From positions 1 through 60,459 of IMG/VR virus record IMGVR_UViG_3300033150_000902: 60,459 bases of DNA; one strand, given 5' to 3'. Origin of the DNA: a virus (Duplodnaviria; Caudoviricetes). Positions within the stretch are counted from its first letter, which is position 1, and each line of letters opens with the position of its first letter. A model generated the notes under the pieces. That model had not been told where the DNA came from. It made no database searches and saw nothing but the letters and a program-made list of their open reading frames with translations. Both the position numbers and the translations under genes were made by a program. Below, piece after piece: positions 1 to 9,541 of this stretch.

Positions 1-242
1 CAATCTCCAAAGAATACAATGTCTATCCACGAGCCGATCTGATACACATTGTTGATTCCTATCACGTGCTCATCACGGATGACTCCAAAATACCCAGACA
101 ATATGGAAGGATGAGCCTCTTTCTTTAAGACCTGCTCCTGTGTCTCAGCAGGCACTTTAAGTATGTCAAGGATACTTGGCCCCCCTCCTATTATCCAGCA
201 CGCTTGCTGATCCCAAATTCTATCTGGTATCCATAATTTCAT
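1..242 (-). CDS. Partial CDS (runs off window); GGGPS-motif Rossmann-like protein, paralog of 6957..7616
   Basis: Not in ORF track. Translated by hand: MKLWIPDRIWDQQACWIIGGGPS...VIGINNVYQIGSWIDIVFFGD. ATG overlaps the TGA of 239..607. Confidence 0.75.
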   Translation of the reverse strand, partial: MKLWIPDRIWDQQACWIIGGGPSILDILKVPAETQEQVLKKEAHPSILSGYFGVIRDEHVIGINNVYQIGSWIDIVFFGD

Positions 243-607
243 AAGTTCATATCCACCGCCTTAAAAGTGGCGCGTTTTCCTCCGATAGATTTTAACCTGC
301 CCGTAGTGTCCAGTAGTAGGGCTTGCTGTCCGTACGGCGTAAATTCTAAACCTTTTCCCGATGTGCCGTGATAAGTGATGCTCGCGTCCCCTACTTTTTC
401 GGACTTTGGCCTTTGATCTCTTATAGCCACGAAATGTGCCGCCACCCATTTTTCAATCGAAGCAAGCAACTCATCGCTAACACCAGTTTCATCTTCAAAC
501 AATTCATCTATCAAGTTGCTGGCGTCATTGATAAATGCTTCTACTACGGAATCAGACAAATCCGTGTCCAGAATATCTTTGACTTCCAACGCCGTAACTC
601 TGGCCAT
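239..607 (-). CDS. Putative head-tail connector/adaptor protein
   Basis: 122 aa downstream of the capsid module; WVAAHF...SEKVGDASITY...TPYGQQAL pattern typical of phage head-completion adaptors. Confidence 0.6.
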   Translation of the reverse strand: MARVTALEVKDILDTDLSDSVVEAFINDASNLIDELFEDETGVSDELLASIEKWVAAHFVAIRDQRPKSEKVGDASITYHGTSGKGLEFTPYGQQALLLDTTGRLKSIGGKRATFKAVDMNL

Positions 608-921
608 TATTTGACACCTCCCCCATTGATTATCTTTTGCTTGATATCCAAAGGAAGATCGCTGAATATGATAAACCTTTCAAACATAGCAGAAAGCCGT
701 GCGACCTCTTTACGGGTCTCTTCCGTTTCATTATCCGTGCGATCAAATCGTTCCTTGCACACTTCTGTTTGCCTTTCAAACATGGATTGAGATAAATACC
801 TGTCACTGATATCCCTTATGTTCCTTTTGAATAAAAACTCCTTGCCCATCGCCGTGAAAAATGCGGAAGCACTTACAATAAGCCCGCCCAACAATACTGA
901 TTCAAGACCTGTCAACTGCAT
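607..921 (-). CDS. Membrane-anchored hypothetical protein (possibly lysis-related)
   Basis: N-terminal hydrophobic helix followed by a coiled-coil segment; translationally coupled to neighbours. Confidence 0.35.
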   Translation of the reverse strand: MQLTGLESVLLGGLIVSASAFFTAMGKEFLFKRNIRDISDRYLSQSMFERQTEVCKERFDRTDNETEETRKEVARLSAMFERFIIFSDLPLDIKQKIINGGGVK

Positions 922-1277
922 ATCAGCTTGCCTCCTTTTGTCTCTCGTTCTATGTCGTTTTCTGAATACTCAACATACATCTCCTCAATTACGCCAGAAT
1001 GCTCGTAAACCCGAAACTCATGCCATTGCCGGGGGGCTACAGTAAGAAATTGACCTTCAGTAAGGATTGTCTCTTTTCTGCACCCATCAATTCCTTCAAT
1101 TAAAATGCCTATTTTACCCCACACTACAAAGAACAAGTTGTATTTCTCTTGATGACAATGCCAACTACATCTGTAACCCTCATCCAACTTCAAGAACGAT
1201 GTAGCATGTGTACTGTCTTTTCTAATTAGCCAACGCTGTCCCCATACTTTGCTTTCCCGTTCCATAATTCCTCTCAT
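912..1277 (-). CDS. Cupin-domain protein (sugar isomerase-like)
   Basis: KVWG...CSWHCHQEK...WHEF two-motif cupin signature. Confidence 0.7.
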   Translation of the reverse strand: MRGIMERESKVWGQRWLIRKDSTHATSFLKLDEGYRCSWHCHQEKYNLFFVVWGKIGILIEGIDGCRKETILTEGQFLTVAPRQWHEFRVYEHSGVIEEMYVEYSENDIERETKGGKLICS

Positions 1278-1944
1278 ACAATTCCTTGTTGCGTCGCAAG
1301 GCCTGTCTATGCCCGGCAGGTCTTATTCTCCGATGCCATTGATGTTCAACTACCAAATCATCCCGTACTATAAAGGGGATTCCACTTCTTGCCACACGAT
1401 CACGGAATGCGTCATCATCATAGCCGTAACCGTCTTTGAAACGCTCATCAAACCCGCCTATTTTCCAAAAATTCTCTTGACTAATAGCGGAACAAAAATG
1501 ATAACAAGCGTTTCGGTGTTCCGAATGTTGATACCATCTATAGAATGTCCCATCTTCATTCAATGCCCGGCAAGCACATATTACATAACAATCTTTACCG
1601 TAGCTAAACTCCTCATCCAAACCAGACAATATGTCTACCGTATGTTTACATTCTGGATTGGACAAAACTAAGAATTCACCCTGCGCTTGTTTGGCTCCTA
1701 AATTAAACAACACTGAAGGATTGAAACTATCTTCAAAGCCCTCGACTATCCTTACAGGCATACCACTCTCCTCTACGACTTCTTTCAACTGCCTGTGAAG
1801 CTCTGCATTCTTTACATTTTTAAAATCTTCCACTACAACGACTTCCCAATCTTCCCTGTTTGAATAAAACCGTTCAAAAGACCGTAACGTAACCTCCAAC
1901 AGAAATGACCGATCATAATAAGGCAGCAGAAAACTGTACCTCAT
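1222..1944 (-). CDS. Glycosyltransferase family 2
   Basis: SFLLPYYDR, VVVEDF, NLGAKQAQGEFLV, IGGFDERF..GYGYDDDAF (GT2 / galactosyltransferase C-terminal motif). Confidence 0.85.
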   Translation of the reverse strand: MRYSFLLPYYDRSFLLEVTLRSFERFYSNREDWEVVVVEDFKNVKNAELHRQLKEVVEESGMPVRIVEGFEDSFNPSVLFNLGAKQAQGEFLVLSNPECKHTVDILSGLDEEFSYGKDCYVICACRALNEDGTFYRWYQHSEHRNACYHFCSAISQENFWKIGGFDERFKDGYGYDDDAFRDRVARSGIPFIVRDDLVVEHQWHRRIRPAGHRQALRRNKELYERNYGTGKQSMGTALAN

Positions 1945-1949
1945 TTATA

Positions 1950-2387
1950 CTACGTGCCTTTCGTATCCGGTGTTTTCTTTTCGGGTATCACCTGTACGTA
2001 TCCTCTTTCAGTGTCCTGTTTTACAAGGGAGAATATGTACTGCACCCCATCTTTATAATATGAGTACCCTATCAATACTACCGTGTTTGGAATTGGCGGG
2101 TTCCACTGCATTCCGGGAACAATACCGGCCTCAACCCATTTTATGTCCGCGTCAGGATCGGGATTGGCAAGAATCAAATGATAATGAGGCTCTCCGTTCG
2201 GGCACGGAAAAAATTTCACCGGTTTCCAATGTTTGAATTGATTGGGATCAAGCTCCCCTTCATGCGGGCCTATCACTGTAATATTCAATGGAGCCGTTTC
2301 CTCTTCCCCCATCACTGCTATTGGTATGCTGATAACCATAATCATTAATGCTACCAATGATAAAATTAAACATACATTTCGTCTCAT
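1950..2387 (-). CDS. Secreted or membrane-anchored hypothetical protein
   Basis: N-terminal signal/TM helix; RBS AGGAGG upstream. Confidence 0.5.
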   Translation of the reverse strand: MRRNVCLILSLVALMIMVISIPIAVMGEEETAPLNITVIGPHEGELDPNQFKHWKPVKFFPCPNGEPHYHLILANPDPDADIKWVEAGIVPGMQWNPPIPNTVVLIGYSYYKDGVQYIFSLVKQDTERGYVQVIPEKKTPDTKGT

Positions 2388-2405
2388 AGCCTTGCACCTC
2401 CTTTA

Positions 2406-2969
2406 TTATTGCGCATACCCGAATACCTCAAAGTCCTTCTCACAGTATTCCAATACCAACCGTTTCTGAGAATCACTAAGATAATCATAAGCAGAAACTT
2501 GAGGCTTTGTCACGGTCCTATTCCGATGAGGGAAAGGAGGCACTTTTTTGCCCACAAATGGAAACCTACTCAAACCCTGCGGCACTTCTTCAAGTTTCAC
2601 CCAATCATCTATCCGAGCACGTTCGATCCACATAAACTGAGGTTGATAAAACTCAGGAATCTTTAACCGGCCATCCATCGCCTCAGGTGCCCATTCTCTC
2701 CTTTCTATGATGAATTCCATAAACTGTTCAAAAGAAACGTTCTCACCTCCCCGCTCTTTCCCGAACCACCACCAAGTTAACATACGTTCATAAGGATTAC
2801 GAACTAAACAATAACGTGGATAATGCTCGAACTTCTCTGGTACTCTCCAGGCGTGCTTTGATTGTATTTTACGGGCTTCAAAATACCGACGACACCAAAC
2901 CCCGAAACTTGTGGAGCCTGTATGCGGTATTTGGATGCCTACAAATCTATGTTGCTGACTGACCACCAT
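2406..2969 (-). CDS. Sulfotransferase family 2-like protein
   Basis: IPHTGSTS (5'-PSB-like), VRNPYER (3'-PB-like) and C-terminal DFEVFGY. Confidence 0.75.
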   Translation of the reverse strand: MVVSQQHRFVGIQIPHTGSTSFGVWCRRYFEARKIQSKHAWRVPEKFEHYPRYCLVRNPYERMLTWWWFGKERGGENVSFEQFMEFIIERREWAPEAMDGRLKIPEFYQPQFMWIERARIDDWVKLEEVPQGLSRFPFVGKKVPPFPHRNRTVTKPQVSAYDYLSDSQKRLVLEYCEKDFEVFGYAQ

Positions 2970-3507
2970 TTGATTTATCCTTATATCTATAAGTTCCTAT
3001 AGTCACCAGGCCGTTCGGATTTGTGCCCTCATGAAGAAGTTGAAACCCAAAATTCGTTAACTCCGAATGGCTCCAAAAGCTAACATGCGTTTCATAAGGA
3101 TTCCCGTAAACCGAACCGTCCTGTTCCCGTTCGCCTGCAATGGGAATGATTAAAAAACATTCAGATTTATTCGCTTTAATCTCATTTAGCAACACCCAAC
3201 CGTTCTCTTTTGTTAGATGCTCAAGGACATCCCCCAAAATGATTACATCCCAATACTGGAGCAAATTCCATTTAAGCATACTCATGATATCGGCGACAAA
3301 CAAACGATCGTACCTCTCCATGAGATCGTACTTCTTAACATACTCCGGCCAAATCTCCACTCCGTCTAATTGCTGTACTTTATCGAATAACAAATCTGAC
3401 CACTTGCCGTCTCCGCAACCCACATCCAAAACCCGTCGGTTCGGGTCTTGCAAAATCAATTGCACCACCATATCCTCCGCTACTTTGGGTTGCTGAGACC
3501 TTGGCAT
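2947..3507 (-). CDS. Class I SAM-dependent methyltransferase
   Basis: VLDVGCGDG motif I; GDVLEHL. Confidence 0.85.
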   Translation of the reverse strand: MPRSQQPKVAEDMVVQLILQDPNRRVLDVGCGDGKWSDLLFDKVQQLDGVEIWPEYVKKYDLMERYDRLFVADIMSMLKWNLLQYWDVIILGDVLEHLTKENGWVLLNEIKANKSECFLIIPIAGEREQDGSVYGNPYETHVSFWSHSELTNFGFQLLHEGTNPNGLVTIGTYRYKDKSNGGQSAT

Positions 3508-3508
3508 T

Positions 3509-3787
3509 TTATAACTCGTATGTCCTTACGTCAGGCGCATGATCAAAACCACCACGCTGTATGGCTTCCGCTAACCTGCGATTGATTTCGTCTCTAAGCC
3601 GGACTCTTTGTTCCCCTGCCTTGCGGGCCTTATATTCCAATTCGGATATCCGATTAGCATTTGGTTTGTATTTTCTCCGTTCAGCCAGTATTGCTTCGTT
3701 CGCATGATGACATTTTATATTCTCGATAGACAACTTATCTATTAATTCACCAATCGAACAGATATAATCATATACCTCATCCGCCAT
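3509..3787 (-). CDS. Small helical protein (DUF4254-like)
   Basis: SIGELIDKLSI...R..LRDEIN pattern, often seen near glycosyltransferase genes. Confidence 0.45.
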   Translation of the reverse strand: MADEVYDYICSIGELIDKLSIENIKCHHANEAILAERRKYKPNANRISELEYKARKAGEQRVRLRDEINRRLAEAIQRGGFDHAPDVRTYEL

Positions 3788-4571
3788 GCTTTACCTCTCC
3801 TTCCTCTGGTAAATGTTCCGTCCCTTCGGGACGTCTCACTTTCCTCTCCCCTCCTTCATAATGGTATACAATGCTTCCCATCGCCATGAGAAACTTAGCC
3901 CCATTATCGTGGCAACGCTTTATGAATCGTCGATCTGGAGGAAGTATTCCCTTCCCTACTCCCGTCAATTCCCACGGACCGCATAGCTCCCACCACTTTT
4001 GGTGTATTAAATAAGGCAGTGTGGCAGTACTCATCCATCCACCCCTATCTTCTTCAGTTTCCATTTCACCCAATCTTTGATACTTTGTTACCAATTCATT
4101 GAATCCGACCTCATCAAATTCCCCTGGGCAAGGATATCCTAAGTCAACTCTTATTACATGATCGCCTTTAACACGAGAATGGGTGATGTGCTGACTATTA
4201 ACGATATAAGACTCATCAGTCGCCCACCGTAGTAATTCTCGTAACCAATTAGGCCCATACACCACGTCAATATCTGTATGTACAACCCAAGAATTCAAGG
4301 AGAAGCCCGCCTCAAAAGATTTATTGATTAAAGCACGAAGGTTGGGAACATATCCCACAGACTCGTCAGTGTCATGCCCTACCCAGTAGACGCCAGGTCT
4401 TTCCCTTTCCTTAATCCAGTCAACTACTGCGGCACTTGGATTCCATGTTGCTATTACCAAATCAACATACTCATTCCAATCAACCCCAAGATTCTCCATC
4501 ATTGAAGTTATTGAATAATCCAACATATCAACCGCAGTTGAAACACCACATGTAGCTATGCTAACTCTCAT
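3777..4571 (-). CDS. Putative GT-A fold glycosyltransferase
   Basis: HTDIDVV DxD motif, PPDRRF, IVYHY; cluster context. Confidence 0.6.
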   Translation of the reverse strand: MRVSIATCGVSTAVDMLDYSITSMMENLGVDWNEYVDLVIATWNPSAAVVDWIKERERPGVYWVGHDTDESVGYVPNLRALINKSFEAGFSLNSWVVHTDIDVVYGPNWLRELLRWATDESYIVNSQHITHSRVKGDHVIRVDLGYPCPGEFDEVGFNELVTKYQRLGEMETEEDRGGWMSTATLPYLIHQKWWELCGPWELTGVGKGILPPDRRFIKRCHDNGAKFLMAMGSIVYHYEGGERKVRRPEGTEHLPEEGEVKHGG

Positions 4572-5319
4572 ACGTCACCTGTATAGCTTTGCTTATAGTA
4601 CACGGTTGTTCTTTAAACGTATTGTGTGTCAACCTATTGTTTGTTCGTTGATTGGCCCCCGCATACCAATGAATACCTACCGTCTTTTTAGGGAGTTGGT
4701 CCACTACATGACGGAAAAGGGCCCGTCGCATCCGAGCCCACGGCCAATTATGAAATGGATAAACAGTTTCAGATGGCAACCATCTATGATTATCGGAAAT
4801 AGACAATGCTTGCAGTAAGGGAGCCCCACAACTTTCATAATTATCAGGAGCGTATCTATTTAAAGCAATCTCATAAACCTCCTTCCAGAAACTACAAGGT
4901 TTGCCTTGCATAAAAGAAACAGGACAGTACCCAAAATCAAATCTAATTAATTGCACTTCTTCTGTTATCTCCGGTACAGGCTTGATATAAACAATGTCCA
5001 TATCCGAAACCGTGCCACCATAATCCGCCAGTAACTTCCAAGCCAACAAATCACTTGTATGCACTTCAGGAGCGTGCATCAAAGCAATATCCGGATACAA
5101 CATATCCAAAGGTACAATCTCCAAATTCGGCAAGTCATTCAGGCGTTCGGTGTAATCAGGCCCAGTGTAATGAGTCATGTCTTGCTTTTCCGTCCAATCA
5201 TGGCCTACTCCCTCTGATCTCACTATCAGGACTACTCTATCATTTAAGGCGCAAGCGGAATGCACAGTCATGTACCTCAAGAAACTCATTGTCTTGTTGC
5301 CCCAGTACAGCCATATCAT
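4561..5319 (-). CDS. DXD-motif glycosyltransferase (GT32-like)
   Basis: LYWG, SDLLAWKLLADYGGTVSDMD, GAPL, IHWYA. Confidence 0.7.
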   Translation of the reverse strand: MIWLYWGNKTMSFLRYMTVHSACALNDRVVLIVRSEGVGHDWTEKQDMTHYTGPDYTERLNDLPNLEIVPLDMLYPDIALMHAPEVHTSDLLAWKLLADYGGTVSDMDIVYIKPVPEITEEVQLIRFDFGYCPVSFMQGKPCSFWKEVYEIALNRYAPDNYESCGAPLLQALSISDNHRWLPSETVYPFHNWPWARMRRALFRHVVDQLPKKTVGIHWYAGANQRTNNRLTHNTFKEQPCTISKAIQVTYES

Positions 5320-6287
5320 TACACAAACTCCTCGTGATCTATAGAGTCATTCATGATTCTCAAAGCCTGGTTGTAGTCCTCGTAGTAACACTTGACACAC
5401 TGCCTTCCATCAAACCAATCTTGCTCTTTCCAAATACGCTCCACATCTTCAATCCATCCCATCCTCATAGAAGGCACATAATCATACCCGGGCGGGTCCT
5501 GCGCATATTGCACCCCGCAACAGGGATATATGCCTCCGTCCGCTCCCACCACCGGCTTCAACAAACTCACTCTACAATCTTTGACGCCCGCCGTACACTC
5601 AGACCGGTCTTGAAAGATTACTTTTGAAACATCCACTGCTTTATCTTCCAAGTATTTCTTTACATGCTCCATCTTAGCGGATACCCGTTTTGTATCCATT
5701 ATATCTGTTACCAACCTCACGTGGGTGAACCCCCATTGATTGGCAAATTGAATAGTAGTGCTGATCAAGTGATAATTGGGTTCATTACTAAGTACATATG
5801 AAAACGCCCAATCAACTTGCCCAGTATCACAGACCACCTTATAAATGGCTTCCCAAGGCATCTCACGATGATCACCCACCGATATCCGTATCCACGTCAA
5901 TCGATCCATAGTGGAGCCTAATAGTTTTTCAAATTGGGTTCCATTAGTCACCAATCCTACCTTAATTCCCAATGACACAGACTGTCGGATGAGTTCATTG
6001 ATATTAGGGTACAACAATGGTTCCCCTCCGCCAGTAATTGTCATTGCCCTAGCTCCCATGCCAGCACACGTACGAACAAACTTCATCAATCTTTCAAACT
6101 CCATCCGCTCCCATCTATTCCGCATAGCGCACGAGCAGAACGGGCAATCAAGATTGCACACATTGGTAGGATTGATTTGCAAATGGACTGGCGGTATGAA
6201 TCCTCGTTTAATCGCAGCTACAATTTCAGGTCTCAAAAGCAACTTCCAAGGCACATTACCAGCCGCTGTATAAGATATTCTTTTCAT
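5319..6287 (-). CDS. Radical SAM protein with C-terminal SPASM/twitch-like domain
   Basis: CNLDCPFC (CxxxCxxC), TGGGEPLL, VTNGT, DGGIYPCC, C..CYY. Start moved to 6287 (ATGA overlap with the upstream gene). Confidence 0.85.
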   Translation of the reverse strand: MKRISYTAAGNVPWKLLLRPEIVAAIKRGFIPPVHLQINPTNVCNLDCPFCSCAMRNRWERMEFERLMKFVRTCAGMGARAMTITGGGEPLLYPNINELIRQSVSLGIKVGLVTNGTQFEKLLGSTMDRLTWIRISVGDHREMPWEAIYKVVCDTGQVDWAFSYVLSNEPNYHLISTTIQFANQWGFTHVRLVTDIMDTKRVSAKMEHVKKYLEDKAVDVSKVIFQDRSECTAGVKDCRVSLLKPVVGADGGIYPCCGVQYAQDPPGYDYVPSMRMGWIEDVERIWKEQDWFDGRQCVKCYYEDYNQALRIMNDSIDHEEFV

Positions 6288-6967
6288 GCCTTCCTCCATA
6301 ACTCCGCTACAGGTCCCTCTGTTATAGTGTGTAATCGAGGGGTGCCTGACCACGCCAAAACTCTTGCCTTCTTTGGAATACGGGAACCCTTCCCGGTTCT
6401 TTTCTTACCCACTATGTAGTCATCGGGCAGATAGTCTTGTAAACGTGGTACGTCTAAGCCTACGACGGATGCCACAAAGCCTTGATCACCATGTCTCCAT
6501 CTCTCCCGTTTTGCTTTCATGTGTTCGTCTGGTTTCTGACAAAACGTATGATAGATTTTAGCACAAGAAGGAAAATTACCTGCCATTACTCCTGTCGCCA
6601 GATTCAATTCACGCCTATGTTTAAACGCATAGTGCTGATTGAACCCCCGCAAGGTAATGAAAGGGAATTCAAAAGCCAAACGAGCCAACTCATCTATGTT
6701 ACCCAAAATGATGGTATCAAGATCGAAATATAAGCAAGCCTGAAAGGGTAAATCCGGTCTGAATAATTCAATCTTGCTCCACCATCCCGGCCACTTGTGC
6801 TTTAAAGGTATCGTTTCGCAGAAGTTAACAGAAGAAGGATTATCTGTCAGGCATATAAACTCATGATCCAAAGACAGGTTAGCACTTACTCCCTCATAGA
6901 GCTTTCTGACATACTCCTCTGTATAAACTCTACCTGTTTTATAGACACAAACCACATTAAGCTTCAT
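6284..6967 (-). CDS. Glycosyltransferase (GT8-like, phage type)
   Basis: FICLTD, GWWSKIELF, YFDLDTII, GDQGF. Confidence 0.75.
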   Translation of the reverse strand: MKLNVVCVYKTGRVYTEEYVRKLYEGVSANLSLDHEFICLTDNPSSVNFCETIPLKHKWPGWWSKIELFRPDLPFQACLYFDLDTIILGNIDELARLAFEFPFITLRGFNQHYAFKHRRELNLATGVMAGNFPSCAKIYHTFCQKPDEHMKAKRERWRHGDQGFVASVVGLDVPRLQDYLPDDYIVGKKRTGKGSRIPKKARVLAWSGTPRLHTITEGPVAELWRKA

Positions 6968-7616
6968 TAGCCAAATACTCCTCCAAGGGCATGATCGGAA
7001 AGCAAGATAAAGCCGAACCTGGCGTGCAATTAATTATCTCCAATCCCAACCTATCTGCATCACGAGCAACTGTCTTGAAATGCTTTAGATACAGGTCATA
7101 GGGATTCTTATCTTTCGCCGGATGATCCTTGTGCCAATTTGGTTCCCCATCAACCCGCCTCATATCATACCCTAAAAGCACCGCTCGTTTCGCCCCGAGA
7201 TGATAGGCAAGATTGATTGCGCTTGCTCCGCTGTTCCGATTCCATCCCACCTTATCCGGCTCTTTGCATATACCAGATAGCTTGCCTTTGGCATAATAGA
7301 ATAGCCCTTGAACCTTATCCATTCCATCAGCACACGAGGCAACGAGTCCATGAAACCGCCGCAGATGATCTATATGCCATTCAAGCCATCGGCCATCCCC
7401 GAACCACACGATGTTAACCCAGTCACGAGGCACATACCTACAACGTCTGGGATCATGGGAACCTCCCCCTCGTGTAGGAACAGGGTCTCCGTACGCATTA
7501 TTAATTGCAATAATCCTCCTACCTTTTATTGAGTTAAGGTCTACTTGCTTTAGACTTGGTCCTCCTCCGAGTAGGAACACGGTTTCCTGTTCCCACAGAT
7601 TTGGCGGTAGGATCAT
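6957..7616 (-). CDS. MAF/DUF115 (MptE-like) Rossmann-fold protein, possible sugar transferase
   Basis: LLGGGPSL, IAINNA, NSGASAINLAYHLGAKRAVLLGYD, IINCT. Confidence 0.65.
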   Translation of the reverse strand: MILPPNLWEQETVFLLGGGPSLKQVDLNSIKGRRIIAINNAYGDPVPTRGGGSHDPRRCRYVPRDWVNIVWFGDGRWLEWHIDHLRRFHGLVASCADGMDKVQGLFYYAKGKLSGICKEPDKVGWNRNSGASAINLAYHLGAKRAVLLGYDMRRVDGEPNWHKDHPAKDKNPYDLYLKHFKTVARDADRLGLEIINCTPGSALSCFPIMPLEEYLANEA

Positions 7617-7983
7617 CTTTCTGATTCTCCTTATCTTCCGGGTTTTGCTCCTCTTCTACAATATTGGTATCCCCAATACTCCTACCACGGACTATATCTT
7701 CTGCCTCTTCTCTGGTTAACAATCTGGTATTGATCGGCTTGCCATCCACGCCAAGGACATTGTACTTTCCGCCTCCACGATGTTGGATGGCAAAAGATAC
7801 AGGCTGTTCCAAAACTAACCTTTCCTGCTCTGGATCATCCTCTCCGTCAAGGCGTTGTAACAAGTCCCTATAACCTCTCACCTCGTATGGACTGGCCTCA
7901 AGCACATCGCCAGGTCGGTAAATGACCATTACCCCGTTCTCCCGGCGATGTACTTTACCAGACTTCACTTTGTATTCAGCCAT
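7534..7983 (-). CDS. Hypothetical virion-associated protein downstream of the capsid gene
   Basis: RBS GGAG upstream; HRGGGKYNV motif; position directly after the MCP. Confidence 0.45.
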   Translation of the reverse strand: MAEYKVKSGKVHRRENGVMVIYRPGDVLEASPYEVRGYRDLLQRLDGEDDPEQERLVLEQPVSFAIQHRGGGKYNVLGVDGKPINTRLLTREEAEDIVRGRSIGDTNIVEEEQNPEDKENQKDDPTAKSVGTGNRVPTRRRTKSKASRP

Positions 7984-8048
7984 TTCAACAGCTCCTTAGA
8001 TTGACCGTTTGATTAACGATCTATTTGCCTATCATTCCCACCAACAGA

Positions 8049-9035
8049 CTATGCGCTGTAAACAGCTATCCCGCACCTGCCATCCTGGTCAGCCTGCAAC
8101 TGCGGAACCTTAATAGCCATAACCTTGAAATTAACCTTCATACCGCCCTCGGTCTCCCACTGAACGGTAGTGACATCAAGGCCATTGACTATTCGAACCG
8201 TATCAGACGCCAACTGCACAAGAACGACTTTGCCTGCGGTCAAGAAGTCAGCAACCTTGACAATCTCGATTCCCGAAACTTCCTGAATCCTTTGGCGGAT
8301 GGACTTATCGCTGTTCGCTTTGAAGTCATCATCCAAAGCCGTCTCATAGGCTGTCGGAACGTACAGCGCATAAGGCCCGTATCGCCTGTCGCTAATAAGA
8401 GCCTGCTTCATGGTCAATACGTCATCAAGGATTTCTGAACCGTCCACTGCCGAAGCAGACCAGGCACCCGTCAAACTCCCGGTGTTCCTACTGGTAAAAT
8501 CCTCGTAACCATAAAGGGATCCACCACCAAAGGTATAAGTAGACGCTCCCTGAAAGAGAATCTCCTCAACCTTTTCGGCAACTTTCCGAGCCGCCGCCTC
8601 AGCCATTGCCGTATCCAACGGCATGTTCCCGTTGCGAGAGGCCTCAATCTCCCTGATGGAAAAGGAAAAATCAGCATGGACTATCGGCAAGGGCAGATAA
8701 TTGATATCGTATTTCTGCCGATCGCGCTGCGCACGGGTCACACCATCCATGCTAAGCGAGGCATCCTCAATCTCACTGGCGTTCTGGTAAGCAAACACCG
8801 TCTTGCCGAGACCGTTTGGAATGTTGTAGGTTAGTCCACGAGCTTCAAGATCAGCAACACCCACCAGCCTTTGCTGATAAGCTTTCAGCACGGCCTTGTC
8901 AATTTCTTTCCACTCGTCATACAACAGAAGGTCGTTGGTTCTGAGAGCGGAAACGTCCATACCATTGGCCAACAGTCTGGCCGCCGCAGCCCCCGAACCA
9001 GTGCCTTTATAGATAACGTCAACATTAGCCTTCAT
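8049..9035 (-). CDS. Major capsid protein (HK97 fold, linocin/encapsulin-like)
   Basis: 328 aa; EWKEIDKAV, LPLPIVHADF, AARKVAEKVEEILFQG, YGPYALYV; strong RBS; position after scaffold and decoration genes. Confidence 0.85.
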   Translation of the reverse strand: MKANVDVIYKGTGSGAAAARLLANGMDVSALRTNDLLLYDEWKEIDKAVLKAYQQRLVGVADLEARGLTYNIPNGLGKTVFAYQNASEIEDASLSMDGVTRAQRDRQKYDINYLPLPIVHADFSFSIREIEASRNGNMPLDTAMAEAAARKVAEKVEEILFQGASTYTFGGGSLYGYEDFTSRNTGSLTGAWSASAVDGSEILDDVLTMKQALISDRRYGPYALYVPTAYETALDDDFKANSDKSIRQRIQEVSGIEIVKVADFLTAGKVVLVQLASDTVRIVNGLDVTTVQWETEGGMKVNFKVMAIKVPQLQADQDGRCGIAVYSA

Positions 9036-9053
9036 TTATTTTTACCTCCTTTC

Positions 9054-9518
9054 CTATCGAATTTCCACTTCAATTCTAGAAGCACCCACGGTGGAAGTAG
9101 CTGTATTCACCGTTTCCAAAGCCCTGCCGATCACGGCCTGCACATAACTCGTACCTGTCCAATTTGAAGACTCAGTAGGAGCAGTATACTTCTTGACGTA
9201 GCCGTCACCGTTGGAGCAAACCAAATCCCCCGCAGTGATGTTCTGACCGTCTGCCACATAAAGCAGAATCTCATCACCTGAACGGGGAGCCACAAACTGA
9301 ACCATATCTCCCGTAGCGTAGGAATCGTCTATGTCCTCTCCTTGCAGACTATTCTCAATAGCCACCAGAATAGGGGCAACGTCACCGCCGGAAGTGGAAT
9401 GAGCCTGCACCAATCCAGCACTAGTGCGTTCCAACACAAACCCGGGATAAATAGTCCCCGAACCTTTCGCTTCTTTCTGAAGCGGGTCACCTTTTAGAAC
9501 AATAGTCTTATGAGCCAT
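9054..9518 (-). CDS. Capsid decoration/cement protein
   Basis: 154 aa beta-rich protein between scaffold and MCP; IYPG, GDLVCSNGDG, IGRALE. Confidence 0.65.
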   Translation of the reverse strand: MAHKTIVLKGDPLQKEAKGSGTIYPGFVLERTSAGLVQAHSTSGGDVAPILVAIENSLQGEDIDDSYATGDMVQFVAPRSGDEILLYVADGQNITAGDLVCSNGDGYVKKYTAPTESSNWTGTSYVQAVIGRALETVNTATSTVGASRIEVEIR

Positions 9519-9541
9519 TTATTCTTACCTCCTTTCCTTTC

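Noticed and set aside
8049-9035. Bacteriocin/encapsulin nanocompartment
   Set aside because: Context (terminase, portal, protease, decoration protein) shows it is the phage major capsid protein.
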